Assembly (NCBI GenBank): GCA_049972095.1
Contig: JBMFKQ010000005.1
Location: forward strand, 17,431-61,982
Direction of reading: 5' to 3'
Origin: Elusimicrobiales bacterium
GTDB taxonomy: Bacteria; Elusimicrobiota; Elusimicrobia; Elusimicrobiales; UBA9959
Length of the DNA stretch: 44,552 nucleotides
Positions 9,317-18,520 of the stretch are shown here, piece after piece (the stretch's first letter is position 1; each line of letters opens with the position of its first letter). The position numbers and the translations under genes are program-made. Below the pieces are notes generated by a model. It worked only from the letters and a program-made list of their open reading frames with translations. It was not told where the DNA came from and made no database searches.

Positions 9317-10753
9317 CTACCATCTCAAATTTGGTTTCCGTGCAGCCAAAACCTCATCAACCCTTTTTACGGGCATTGTATGAGGTGCATTTTTAACAAT
9401 TTCAGGATTGTTTTTCCCCTCTTCATATATCTTTACCATTGCGCTTATAAACTCATCAAGTGTTTGTTTGTTTTCTGTCTCAGTTGGCTCTATCATAAGT
9501 GCCTCATGGACTATAAGCGGAAAATATATTGTTGGTGCATGAAAGCCATAATCAAGAAGTCTTTTTGCTATGTCCAAGGTTTTTACGCCTTTGTCAAGGA
9601 TCTCTTTCGCAGGGGTAAGGACACATTCATGCATACAGTATTCTTTTGAATATGCTGGATATATCTTTTCAAGTTTTGATTTTATATAGTTTGCGTTTAT
9701 TATCGCATTTTCTGATATCTGTCTTAAATCTTTGGGTCCGTGCATAAGAAGATATGTGTATGCTTTTAGTAGAACCTGGGTGTTTGTGAAAAACGCTTTT
9801 ATCCTTCCTATTGTATTTGGTCTTTTTTCATCAAGTATATATTTATCACCTTCCTTCACAACAACAGGTATTGGAAGAAACTCTGATAAGAATGATTTTA
9901 CCAAAACAGCACCACTTCCAGGACCTCCTCCACCATGAGGGGTTGAAAATGTTTTATGAAGGTTTAGATGGAGTATATCAATGCCAAAGTTTGCTGGTTT
10001 TACAAGCCCTATAAGAGCATTCATATTTGCTCCATCCATATACACCAATGTGCCATTTTCGTGGCAGAGATTTACTATTTCTTCTATCTGGGTCTCAAAT
10101 ATTCCAAGCGTGTTTGGAATTGTAAGCATTAATACGGCGGTTGTTGATTTAAGATTTTCTTTAAGCAGTTTTAGATCTATTCTCCCATCAGAGGATGAGC
10201 GGATGTTTATTGTTTTAAATTCAGCCATTGTAACAGTTGCTGGATTTGTGCCATGAGCAGAGTCTGGAATTATTATTTCGTTTCTTTTTTCCCCTTTTTT
10301 TTCAAAATATTTCCTTGCTATTAAAATTCCTGTAAATTCTCCATGGGCTCCTGCAGCAGGCCACATCGTTCCATCATCCATCCCACATATCTCACATAAT
10401 CTTGATTTTATGTCATGTATTATCTCAAGCGTTCCCTGTGCTGCGAAATCTGGAACAAGTGGATGGAGTGAAATAAATCCATCAAATGATGAGGTCTCTT
10501 CATTTATTTTAGGATTGTATTTCATTGTGCAGGAGCCAAGTGGATAGAAATGAGTGTCTATAGAAAAATTCAATTTTGACATTCTTGTAAAGTGTCTTAC
10601 TGTGTCAAACTCTGAGAGTTGTGGTAGCTTTGGTTTGCTGGTTCTTAAAAACCTTTTATCTATATCCTCTATTTTTTCTGCACTTTTAAAATGAACTCCC
10701 CTTCTACCATCCTTTGATTTTTCTATACTGAGTTTAAGCTCAAAATTTTCCAT
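9317..10753 (-). CDS. gcvPB: Glycine dehydrogenase subunit 2 (P-protein beta chain)
   Basis: YPLGSCTMKYNP, AHGTNPA, LNLHKTFSTPHGGGGPG; start moved to ATG 10753, which has a GGAGG RBS (track start 10816 overlaps gcvPA). Confidence 0.95.
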   Translation of the reverse strand: MENFELKLSIEKSKDGRRGVHFKSAEKIEDIDKRFLRTSKPKLPQLSEFDTVRHFTRMSKLNFSIDTHFYPLGSCTMKYNPKINEETSSFDGFISLHPLVPDFAAQGTLEIIHDIKSRLCEICGMDDGTMWPAAGAHGEFTGILIARKYFEKKGEKRNEIIIPDSAHGTNPATVTMAEFKTINIRSSSDGRIDLKLLKENLKSTTAVLMLTIPNTLGIFETQIEEIVNLCHENGTLVYMDGANMNALIGLVKPANFGIDILHLNLHKTFSTPHGGGGPGSGAVLVKSFLSEFLPIPVVVKEGDKYILDEKRPNTIGRIKAFFTNTQVLLKAYTYLLMHGPKDLRQISENAIINANYIKSKLEKIYPAYSKEYCMHECVLTPAKEILDKGVKTLDIAKRLLDYGFHAPTIYFPLIVHEALMIEPTETENKQTLDEFISAMVKIYEEGKNNPEIVKNAPHTMPVKRVDEVLAARKPNLRW

Positions 10754-10766
10754 TTTATCCCTCCAA

Positions 10767-12104
10767 CTATCTAATAACCTTGCAGGTTTTTGTAAGTGCC
10801 TCAACAAGTTCATCAATATCTTTTTCTGTCTTTGTCTCTGTTATAGCAACAAGAAGTAAATTTTCAAAATCCTTCCCAAATTCTTTAAGCGCAAGTCCAG
10901 GGTCTATTGAAAATTTTTTTATAATCCTTTCTCTGACATGTTGTGATTTTTTATTAAGCTCTACAACAAACTCATTGAAGAATGGCTTTGAAAACTTAAT
11001 TTTAAAGCCTTGAGCTTCAATCATATTTTTTGTCTTAACTGCAAGTGTATGATTCAACTCTGCAAGCTCTTTCAAACCCTCAGCACCAAGCAGGGTTACA
11101 TAAACTGTTACCCACACCGCACACAGTGCCTGATTTGAACATATATTTGAAGGGGCTTTTTCCCTTCTTATATGCTGCTCTCTTGCTTGAAGTGTTAAAA
11201 CAAATGCTCTTCTACCATCTTTATCTATGCTCATCCCACATACTTTACCCGGCATCTGCCTTAGATGATCCTTCTTGCAGGTAAAGATCCCCAGGTAAGG
11301 TCCACCATATGAGAGTGGAAGTCCTAAGGATTGCCCTTCGCCAACAGCAAAGTCATAGCCTGCCTCACCCGGGGTTTTAAGGATTGCAAGAGAAAGAGGA
11401 TCTGCAACGCATATGCTTAAAATATTTTTCTCTTTTGCAATTTTATTAAACTCTTCTATATCCTCTATTATGCCAAAATAGTTTGGATTTGATATTATAA
11501 AGCAGGATGTCTTGTCGTCAATCATTTTTTTAAACTCATCAATATCACTTTGACCATCGCTGTGAGGTATAGCCACAAACTCATACTCTGAAGGTGGAAT
11601 ATATGTTTTTACAACATCAATATACCTTGGATTTACAAGGGATGAGTAGATAATCTTTGTTTTTGAATTGATTCTAATGCATGCCTTTACAGCCTCGGCA
11701 AGTGCGGTTGAACCATCATACATAGAAGCATTTGAGTAATCCATACCATAAAGTTCTGCCATAATGCTTTGAAATTCATACATTGCCTGTAAAGTTCCCT
11801 GGCTTGCCTCAGCTTGATATGGAGTATATGCTGTTAAAAATTCTGTTCTTTGAATTATATGTTTTATTGCTGCAGGTATATATCTTTCATAAACTCCGCC
11901 ACCTGCAAATGACTTAAGCCTCATATTCTTTTCACTTAAAGTCTTCATCTTCATATATGCTTCCATCTCACTGAAAGCATTTGGAAGGTTAAAGTCTTGT
12001 GTTATAAATTTTTGAGGCAGTTGTTTTAAAAGCTCTTTAAAATCTCCTACGCCAATTTCCCTTAGCATTTCTTTTCTTTCTTCTTCAGTGTTTGAAATAA
12101 ACAT
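10767..12104 (-). CDS. gcvPA: Glycine dehydrogenase subunit 1 (P-protein alpha chain)
   Basis: TAYTPYQAEASQGTLQ, NASMYDG, REQHIRREKAPSNICSNQAL. Confidence 0.95.
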   Translation of the reverse strand: MFISNTEEERKEMLREIGVGDFKELLKQLPQKFITQDFNLPNAFSEMEAYMKMKTLSEKNMRLKSFAGGGVYERYIPAAIKHIIQRTEFLTAYTPYQAEASQGTLQAMYEFQSIMAELYGMDYSNASMYDGSTALAEAVKACIRINSKTKIIYSSLVNPRYIDVVKTYIPPSEYEFVAIPHSDGQSDIDEFKKMIDDKTSCFIISNPNYFGIIEDIEEFNKIAKEKNILSICVADPLSLAILKTPGEAGYDFAVGEGQSLGLPLSYGGPYLGIFTCKKDHLRQMPGKVCGMSIDKDGRRAFVLTLQAREQHIRREKAPSNICSNQALCAVWVTVYVTLLGAEGLKELAELNHTLAVKTKNMIEAQGFKIKFSKPFFNEFVVELNKKSQHVRERIIKKFSIDPGLALKEFGKDFENLLLVAITETKTEKDIDELVEALTKTCKVIR

Positions 12105-12169
12105 CTTTCCTCCAAATTATTAAGATTTATTGAGCATCAAAGAAATGATTAAAAATTTTATATTTAATA

Positions 12170-12553
12170 TTAATGCTGCTGAGTTTTTATAAACTCTTCG
12201 TAAGCTTTAAAGTCTAAAAGATCCGAGAGATCTGATTCATTTGTTATCTTTATTTTAAATATCCAGCCCTTACCAAAAGGATCCTGATTTATCAGTGATG
12301 GTTCATTTGAAAGCTCATTGTTTATCTCAATTATCTCACCACTTACTGGTGAGTATATATCAGCAGCACTTTTAACTGACTCTACAACACATGCCTGCTT
12401 TTCTTTCTCAACCTTTGCACCTACTTTTGGAAGATCTACAAAAACAATATCACCCAATTGGCTCTGTGCGAAATCAGTCACTCCAACTATCCCCGTATCA
12501 TTTTCAACCCTTATCCACTCATGGGTTTTTGTATACTTAAGACTTTCCTTCAT
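12170..12553 (-). CDS. gcvH: Glycine cleavage system H protein
   Basis: THEW, AQSQLGDIVFVDLP, lipoyl motif VESVKSAAD, NQDPFGKGW. Confidence 0.96.
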   Translation of the reverse strand: MKESLKYTKTHEWIRVENDTGIVGVTDFAQSQLGDIVFVDLPKVGAKVEKEKQACVVESVKSAADIYSPVSGEIIEINNELSNEPSLINQDPFGKGWIFKIKITNESDLSDLLDFKAYEEFIKTQQH

Positions 12554-12729
12554 AGAAACTCCTTGATAATGGTTTATTTTCTCTAACTATATTATACTAA
12601 TTTAAAAGAAAAGCAAAAGGCTTAAAGGATAGTAAGACATGAGTGGATGTTTTGATTTTGGATTATGGAAGTTGGATGTGGTTTATAAAACTTATTTTTG
12701 ATCTGGTAGGAATTTTATAAAATCTTTAT

Positions 12730-13422
12730 ATGAGTATAATTTTATCTCTTCTTATCTCCACTTTATTTTATGCTGAAAACATAAAACTTACATCCACTGA
12801 TGGATGTATAATATCGGCAGAAATAAGTGTTAAAGACACTAAAAGTCCGTTTTTAATTGAAGTTCATGGGCTTGGTTCTAATAGACAGGAGTGGAATCCC
12901 CTCAATGAACATCTTTCAAAAAGCAATATAAACTACATCTCCCTTGATCTAAGAGGGCATGGTGAGTCTACAATGTGTGGAAAAAGAAGTATTAAATATC
13001 CAGATATAAGAAGAAAGGATGTGGAAAATTTTACGGAAGATGTAAAAACATTTGTAAGATATATAGAGGAAAAGTATCCACAATCAAACATAATCCCAAT
13101 AGGAGCAAGTATTGGAGCAAACATTGTAATGAAGTTATTTTACAAAAAAACAGCAAAAATCATCCTTCTTGCTCCTGGGCTTAATTATGCTGGCTATGAG
13201 ATTTCAGATCTCTTTAAAAAAACAAAAGCGAATATAATGTTTGTTGTTTCAGAAAATGACCTATATTCACTCTCAAGCACAAGGGTATTTATGCAGATTT
13301 TAAACTCAAGAAGGATTAACTATTCCTTTATTCTTTCAGACACAGGTCATGGTGCAGAGATATTTAAAACGAATAAAGCTCAGCAATATATATCAAAGAT
13401 AATCAGTTTTATAAAAAACTAA
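12730..13422 (+). CDS. Exported alpha/beta hydrolase
   Basis: Signal-like N-terminus, HG oxyanion motif, DLRGHGES, nucleophile elbow GASIGA, late D and GHG completing a triad. Confidence 0.85.
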   Translation: MSIILSLLISTLFYAENIKLTSTDGCIISAEISVKDTKSPFLIEVHGLGSNRQEWNPLNEHLSKSNINYISLDLRGHGESTMCGKRSIKYPDIRRKDVENFTEDVKTFVRYIEEKYPQSNIIPIGASIGANIVMKLFYKKTAKIILLAPGLNYAGYEISDLFKKTKANIMFVVSENDLYSLSSTRVFMQILNSRRINYSFILSDTGHGAEIFKTNKAQQYISKIISFIKN

Positions 13423-13812
13423 TCATCTTGATATATACCAGCCACATATCTTTTTCCATGAGCATCCATCACATATGCCAAAAAGCTTTTTTCTTGTTTT
13501 AAAAACTTCATATATCCTTTTTTTAATATCAGAATATCTATAAATTTGTTTTGGAATAATGCCTGTTTTTTTAAAAAATGAACTATCCATTTTAAATACT
13601 TCTTTTTCACCACCCTTCTCATTACAACACATACCATTTTTAAGATGAGGGCAAAAAGCACATATATCATCAGCAAAATTAATAGGAATTACTTTAGGAT
13701 CTTTTTGAAGTTTTGATATTATATCCGCCATGTTTTTTACAAAATCAGATGAATAACCATAACCTCTAAAACCTTCAATACACAAAAAATGATGCCCTCT
13801 TATTTTTAACAT
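13423..13812 (-). CDS. DUF1284-family Cys/His-rich protein (putative metal or Fe-S binding)
   Basis: RGHHFLC...GYGYS..F, DDICAFCP, C-terminal CDGCSWKKIC; ATG 13812 preferred over TTG 13842. Confidence 0.8.
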   Translation of the reverse strand: MLKIRGHHFLCIEGFRGYGYSSDFVKNMADIISKLQKDPKVIPINFADDICAFCPHLKNGMCCNEKGGEKEVFKMDSSFFKKTGIIPKQIYRYSDIKKRIYEVFKTRKKLFGICDGCSWKKICGWYISR

Positions 13813-13866
13813 AAAATTTTCTCTTATTTTAATTTCAAACAATAAAATGAAACATGAAACGATTTT

Positions 13867-14982
13867 TTAGCCTTTTTGTGATAAGAAGAAAACCCCACCT
13901 TTATAAAATGGCATCTCCGATATCTTTGCTTTATATCTCTTGCCTCTTATCTCAACCTCAACAACTTCAGCGATTTTTAGATCAAGTGGCATATAACCCA
14001 TTCCTATTGATTTCTTGAGTGATGGAGAATATGTTGCGCTTGTAAGTGTGCCAAGTAATTGGTTGTCTTTGAAAACCTTATACCCTGCTCTTGGAATACC
14101 CTCATCCATTGTTATGCCTGTTAGCTTTCTTTTTATACCTTCTTTTTTCTGCTTCTCAAGTATTTCTTTCCCTATGAAAATTCCTTTATTAAGCTTTACA
14201 ACCCAACCATAACCTGCCTCATAACTTGAATGCTCATCATCTATATCAGATCCATAAAGCAAATAGCCAGATTCAAGCCTTAAACTGTCTCTTGACCCAA
14301 GCCCACATGGTTTTATCCCAAGGTCATTCCCTAATCTCATAAACTCTTCCCAGATATCAGCTATTATTGAGTTTGGCGCCGTTATTTCAAAACCATCCTC
14401 ACCGGTATATCCTGTCCTTGAGATATAGCAGTGTTTGGACATAACCTCCTTTTCGACTACGCCAAATCTTGGATATTTTAAAAGCTCAGGGACAAATCTT
14501 TTCATTATCTCAACAGATTTAGGCCCCTGAACAGCTATCATTGAATATTCAGCCGATTTATTTGTTATTTTTACATTGTATCTTGTTGAGTTTTTTAAAA
14601 ACCACTCATAATCTTTTTGAGTTGTTGTAGCATTAACTATAACAAGGAATCTCTCATCATCAAGACAGAGGTTTATAACATCATCCACAATCCCGCCCTT
14701 TTCGTTCGGTAGATGTGAATAACAGCCTTGCCCTTTTTTGAGTTTAAAAACATTGTTTGAATTGATATAGTCAAGAAAGCATCTTGCATCCTTTCCTTCA
14801 ACAAATATCTGCCCCATATGGCTTACATCAAAAAGTCCAACAGATTGCCTAACCGTTAAATGCTCTTTTATTATTCCTTCAAACTGAACTGGAAGCTCCC
14901 AGCCATGAAAGTCCACAAGCTTTGCGCCATATTTCCTGTGTATTTGATTAAGATATGTTTTTTTTAATGTATTTGAATTCAT
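13867..14982 (-). CDS. gcvT: Glycine cleavage aminomethyltransferase T
   Basis: GLFDVSHMG, SRTGYTGEDGFE, GLGSRDSLRLE; AGGAGG RBS. Confidence 0.96.
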   Translation of the reverse strand: MNSNTLKKTYLNQIHRKYGAKLVDFHGWELPVQFEGIIKEHLTVRQSVGLFDVSHMGQIFVEGKDARCFLDYINSNNVFKLKKGQGCYSHLPNEKGGIVDDVINLCLDDERFLVIVNATTTQKDYEWFLKNSTRYNVKITNKSAEYSMIAVQGPKSVEIMKRFVPELLKYPRFGVVEKEVMSKHCYISRTGYTGEDGFEITAPNSIIADIWEEFMRLGNDLGIKPCGLGSRDSLRLESGYLLYGSDIDDEHSSYEAGYGWVVKLNKGIFIGKEILEKQKKEGIKRKLTGITMDEGIPRAGYKVFKDNQLLGTLTSATYSPSLKKSIGMGYMPLDLKIAEVVEVEIRGKRYKAKISEMPFYKGGVFFLSQKG

Positions 14983-15008
14983 AATAATAAGCCTCCTTCT
15001 TTACATAA

Positions 15009-15017
15009 ATTTTATCA
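15009..15017 (-). promoter_or_regulatory. Extended -10 element upstream of gcvT
   Basis: Minus strand TGATAAAAT in the 54-bp gap, followed by the AGGAGG RBS. Confidence 0.45.
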
Positions 15018-15036
15018 AATTTATCTTTGCTTAATC

Positions 15037-16272
15037 TTAAAAAGGTTGTATATATGATGTGATTAGAAGGGATATAAAAACAATCAACCACCATGGTATC
15101 ACATATCTGTATATATCTGTTAATCTTTTTTGAAACCTCATACTTGATAGAAAAAGGTTTATTCCAAAAGGCGGCGTCATATATCCAAGCTCAAGGTTTA
15201 TGAGAAATATTATCGCAAGATGAAGGGGGTCAATACCATAACTCATCGCCACTGGAACCACTATTGGCACAACAATTATTATTGCCGAGAAAATCTCTAT
15301 CATATTTATCATTAGCAGAAGCATGTTTAAAACAATAAGGAATGAATACTTGCTTTTTATATAGAGTGAAAGTATGCTGAAAACCTTTTCTGGAATCTGC
15401 ATATCAACAATATAGTTTGTAAATGAAAGAGCTGATGCAAGAACTATAAATATTGCCCCAACAAGGAGCATTGCCTCTATGGATATCCCTAAAAGATCTG
15501 AGAACTTTATCTCTTTTTTTATAAAACACTCAACAATCACTGAATAAACACATGTGATGGTTGCAGCCTCAGATGCAGTTATTATGCCAAGGTATATCCC
15601 TCCTATAACAATTAAGGGAAGAGGTATTTCCCATGCAGCATCTTTTATCGATCGTATAAGCCTTTCATAGTCAAAGTTTTGTTTTTTAATGTTATTTTTT
15701 TTTGAAACAGTATATGAATAAAGATAGAAAAGAAGGGTTATAAAAACTGCATATACAAATGATTTTTTAAAAAGAAGGTTTATGTCTATTTTCCCAACAA
15801 CGGAGTATAAAATTATTGGAAGTGACGGTGGGATAAGAAGCCCAAGACTTCCTGTTGTTGATATCAAGCCTAAGGAGAATTTTTCACTGTATCCCGCATC
15901 CTTTAAAATGGGATATAAGAGTCCACCCATTGCAATAACTGTTATGCCTGAAGCACCGCTAAAAGCTGTGAAGATGGATGCTGATATTATGGATGCAAGC
16001 ACCACTCCCCCACTTATACTTCCAAAAATAGAAGAAAGAAGATTAAAAAACCTCTGTGGCGCTTTTGATGATGCTATAACAAATCCAGCAAAGGAAAAAA
16101 GTGGCACAGCAACAAGGGATGGCATACTTGAAAGCCTCATAAACTCTATAACCATAGATGATAGCGGTATTGAATTTGATGAGTAAAGATAAAATGTAAG
16201 CAGAAATACAACTACAAACACTGGAACTGATAAAAGCATAAGAATAGCCGATAGGGATAAAAAAACAATCAT
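15037..16272 (-). CDS. dctM: TRAP transporter large permease (DctM)
   Basis: Very hydrophobic; AVPLF, GSLGLLIPPS, TASEAA, YGIDPLH, TPPFGINLF. Confidence 0.92.
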   Translation of the reverse strand: MIVFLSLSAILMLLSVPVFVVVFLLTFYLYSSNSIPLSSMVIEFMRLSSMPSLVAVPLFSFAGFVIASSKAPQRFFNLLSSIFGSISGGVVLASIISASIFTAFSGASGITVIAMGGLLYPILKDAGYSEKFSLGLISTTGSLGLLIPPSLPIILYSVVGKIDINLLFKKSFVYAVFITLLFYLYSYTVSKKNNIKKQNFDYERLIRSIKDAAWEIPLPLIVIGGIYLGIITASEAATITCVYSVIVECFIKKEIKFSDLLGISIEAMLLVGAIFIVLASALSFTNYIVDMQIPEKVFSILSLYIKSKYSFLIVLNMLLLMINMIEIFSAIIIVVPIVVPVAMSYGIDPLHLAIIFLINLELGYMTPPFGINLFLSSMRFQKRLTDIYRYVIPWWLIVFISLLITSYIQPF

Positions 16273-16763
16273 TTATTTTCCTGTTTTTTAAGTATATTTG
16301 AAAAAGCATGGAATGATATATTAAAAAAGATTATTGGGAGAAAAAGTATCAAATGTTGTATATCAAGTTTCAAGCTGATTATTTCCATAAACGCATTCTT
16401 TATACCTATCTCTAATTCAATGAATCTTATTGTTTGTATGAGTATTAATAGCGAGCTAAAGACTATCAAAAGCTGCGAGAAACTATAGAGGTTTTTTCTG
16501 CTTTTCTCTGACAAAAATCTCTCTGCTACTTCTATCCTAAAGTGGGATGAATGATATGTAGCAGCTGATGATGCAAATAGACAAGATATCATAACAAGAT
16601 TTCTTACAAAAATCTCTATTTCAGCAATTGCATTTTTGAATAAGAGCCTTAGTATTACCTGCGCAAATGAAAGAATTATCATCAAAAAAAGCAATGTGAT
16701 TATAAAATACCTCTCAGATATGTATATGATTCTATCAACTTTTATTATTTTTTCTTTTAGCAT
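16269..16763 (-). CDS. dctQ: TRAP transporter small permease (DctQ)
   Basis: About four TM segments, QVILR, HFRIE; lies between DctP and DctM; ATG 16763 preferred over TTG 16784. Confidence 0.82.
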   Translation of the reverse strand: MLKEKIIKVDRIIYISERYFIITLLFLMIILSFAQVILRLLFKNAIAEIEIFVRNLVMISCLFASSAATYHSSHFRIEVAERFLSEKSRKNLYSFSQLLIVFSSLLILIQTIRFIELEIGIKNAFMEIISLKLDIQHLILFLPIIFFNISFHAFSNILKKQENK

Positions 16764-17727
16764 TTCTATATATCTCAAGCTCATTTTCTATCTTCTCAAT
16801 AAACTCTGATCCGTAAAAAGATACAAGCTCCTTTCTTGTTTTTTTTGCAAGCTCTTCAAAATCTTTTATGCTTTGAGGCTTTATGACTTTAAGCTGTTTT
16901 TTTAAAAGCTCTGTTGCTTTAATATTTTCTTTCCTTGTTATGCTATTTAGGGAGGAGAAGTATTTTTTAGCAGATGATATGAATTTTTCTCTTATTTCAG
17001 GTCTCATATCATCAATGACCTTCTTTGATATAAGCACAGCCCCTGTGCCATAGGTGATAGGCATATCAAGGAAATATCTCATTCTTTTATGCCAGCCAAG
17101 GGGGATTATTGTTGCTGGTGTGGCATAGACTGTGTCTATCATACCTGTTTGGATGGATGTCATTACATCTGCAATTGAAAGTGGTATTGGTTTTGAGCCA
17201 AAGTTTTCAAAGGTTTTTTTGGCTATCTCATCACCTTCCCATATCCAAAGTCTTGCTTTTTTAAAATCTGATGGATTTTTTATCTGATTTCTTGATATAA
17301 CATAAACCTCTCCTATCTCAGTCCAGCCAAGAAAAACAAAGCCATTTTTTTCAAATATTTTCTCAAAATCTTGTGTAAATCTTGAATATATAAAGTCAAC
17401 CTCATCTGTATCTCTGAACAAAAACGGAGCCTCAAGAACTCTAACCTCCTTTGCTATCTCACCAATACCATATCCCGTAAAGCCAGCTGCATTGAGCTGA
17501 GATGATTTTATCTTCCTTACAACATCCCTTTCATCGCCCTGAACCCCTCCTGTGTATATTCTAAATCTTATCTCACCTTTTGTTTGTGTCTCAATATCTT
17601 TTGCAAACTCTCTTAGAATCTTTGTCCAGTTAGTCCCCTCAGGTGCAAGGGTTGCAAATTTTATGATTACCTCAGCATTAAGTGATGATGATAAAAGCAG
17701 CATCACCAAAGCCTTAAAAATATTCAT
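16735..17727 (-). CDS. dctP: TRAP substrate-binding protein (DctP family, TatP-type)
   Basis: Signal peptide; KFATLAPEGT.W, YTGGVQGDE, QTGMIDTV; ARLWIW in place of the usual KIR carboxylate-binding motif. Confidence 0.88.
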   Translation of the reverse strand: MNIFKALVMLLLSSSLNAEVIIKFATLAPEGTNWTKILREFAKDIETQTKGEIRFRIYTGGVQGDERDVVRKIKSSQLNAAGFTGYGIGEIAKEVRVLEAPFLFRDTDEVDFIYSRFTQDFEKIFEKNGFVFLGWTEIGEVYVISRNQIKNPSDFKKARLWIWEGDEIAKKTFENFGSKPIPLSIADVMTSIQTGMIDTVYATPATIIPLGWHKRMRYFLDMPITYGTGAVLISKKVIDDMRPEIREKFISSAKKYFSSLNSITRKENIKATELLKKQLKVIKPQSIKDFEELAKKTRKELVSFYGSEFIEKIENELEIYRNAKRKNNKS

Positions 17728-18520
17728 CTTTAGCCTCCTTTAACCTTTTTGCTTTCATCTGAGCTATTTTATTAAAAAAAGCATATGGAGAGTTGTTATT
17801 TTCCCATGAGATTATTTCATTGTAGATTCTTTCAAAAAGCTCTTCATCAAGCACAAGAACAGCATATCTCATATATAGATATTTGTTGAGTAAAAAATCA
17901 TTTTCTTTTACCACACCTTCAAATAATTCTTTTGCCTTTTCAATATCACCCCCTACAATTGACGGCTTTGAAGCCATTATATATGCCTTTATTGCTCTTA
18001 TAAAGCCATAGAAGTAGTTTGGGTTTATCTCATAGATTTTCTCTGTCACCTCTTCTATCTCTGAAAGTTTTTCCTGAGCCTCAAGATTGTCTCTGTTTAT
18101 CTCAAGATATACAAGATTACAAAACAAATTTGAAAAGAATATCTCAACTGTATCATCCTTTGCTTTTGAATTGAGCAAAAGTTTTTTTTCTGATATAAAG
18201 TCAGCTGAATAGTATAATCCTTTTTTTATAAAGCTGTTTGCAATCTCTGTTTCATTCTCCCAAAATGCATATCCATAACCACATAACCCAAGTGATAGAT
18301 TTGCTGCATTTTTAATAGTTTTTTTTTCCGAATGAATCATTTCAAGAAGCTTTAGATTTGATGGAAGAAAATCCTTTGCGTATACAAGGTTATCTTCAGA
18401 GAATATTTTACTTTTTATTCCCCTATCTGTTATATCAGCTATTTCTTTTATTGCCATGTTTTTTATAGAGCATGAGTTAAAAATAATAAAAAGTGATATT
18501 AAAAACAAGTTTTTTTTCAT
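17714..18520 (-). CDS. TRAP-associated TPR-like lipoprotein (TatT family)
   Basis: Lipobox-like FNSC; LPSNLKLLE, YGYAF, P.YFYG, GGDIEKAKELFE; directly upstream of dctP. Confidence 0.75.
   Translation of the reverse strand: MKKNLFLISLFIIFNSCSIKNMAIKEIADITDRGIKSKIFSEDNLVYAKDFLPSNLKLLEMIHSEKKTIKNAANLSLGLCGYGYAFWENETEIANSFIKKGLYYSADFISEKKLLLNSKAKDDTVEIFFSNLFCNLVYLEINRDNLEAQEKLSEIEEVTEKIYEINPNYFYGFIRAIKAYIMASKPSIVGGDIEKAKELFEGVVKENDFLLNKYLYMRYAVLVLDEELFERIYNEIISWENNNSPYAFFNKIAQMKAKRLKEAKDEYF

Noticed and set aside
10754..10816. N-terminal extension of gcvPB in the ORF track (similarly cmk 32312-32374, ridA 20453-20470, dctQ 16764-16784)
   Set aside because: Downstream starts have a better RBS, stop/start coupling or smaller overlap, and fit family N-termini
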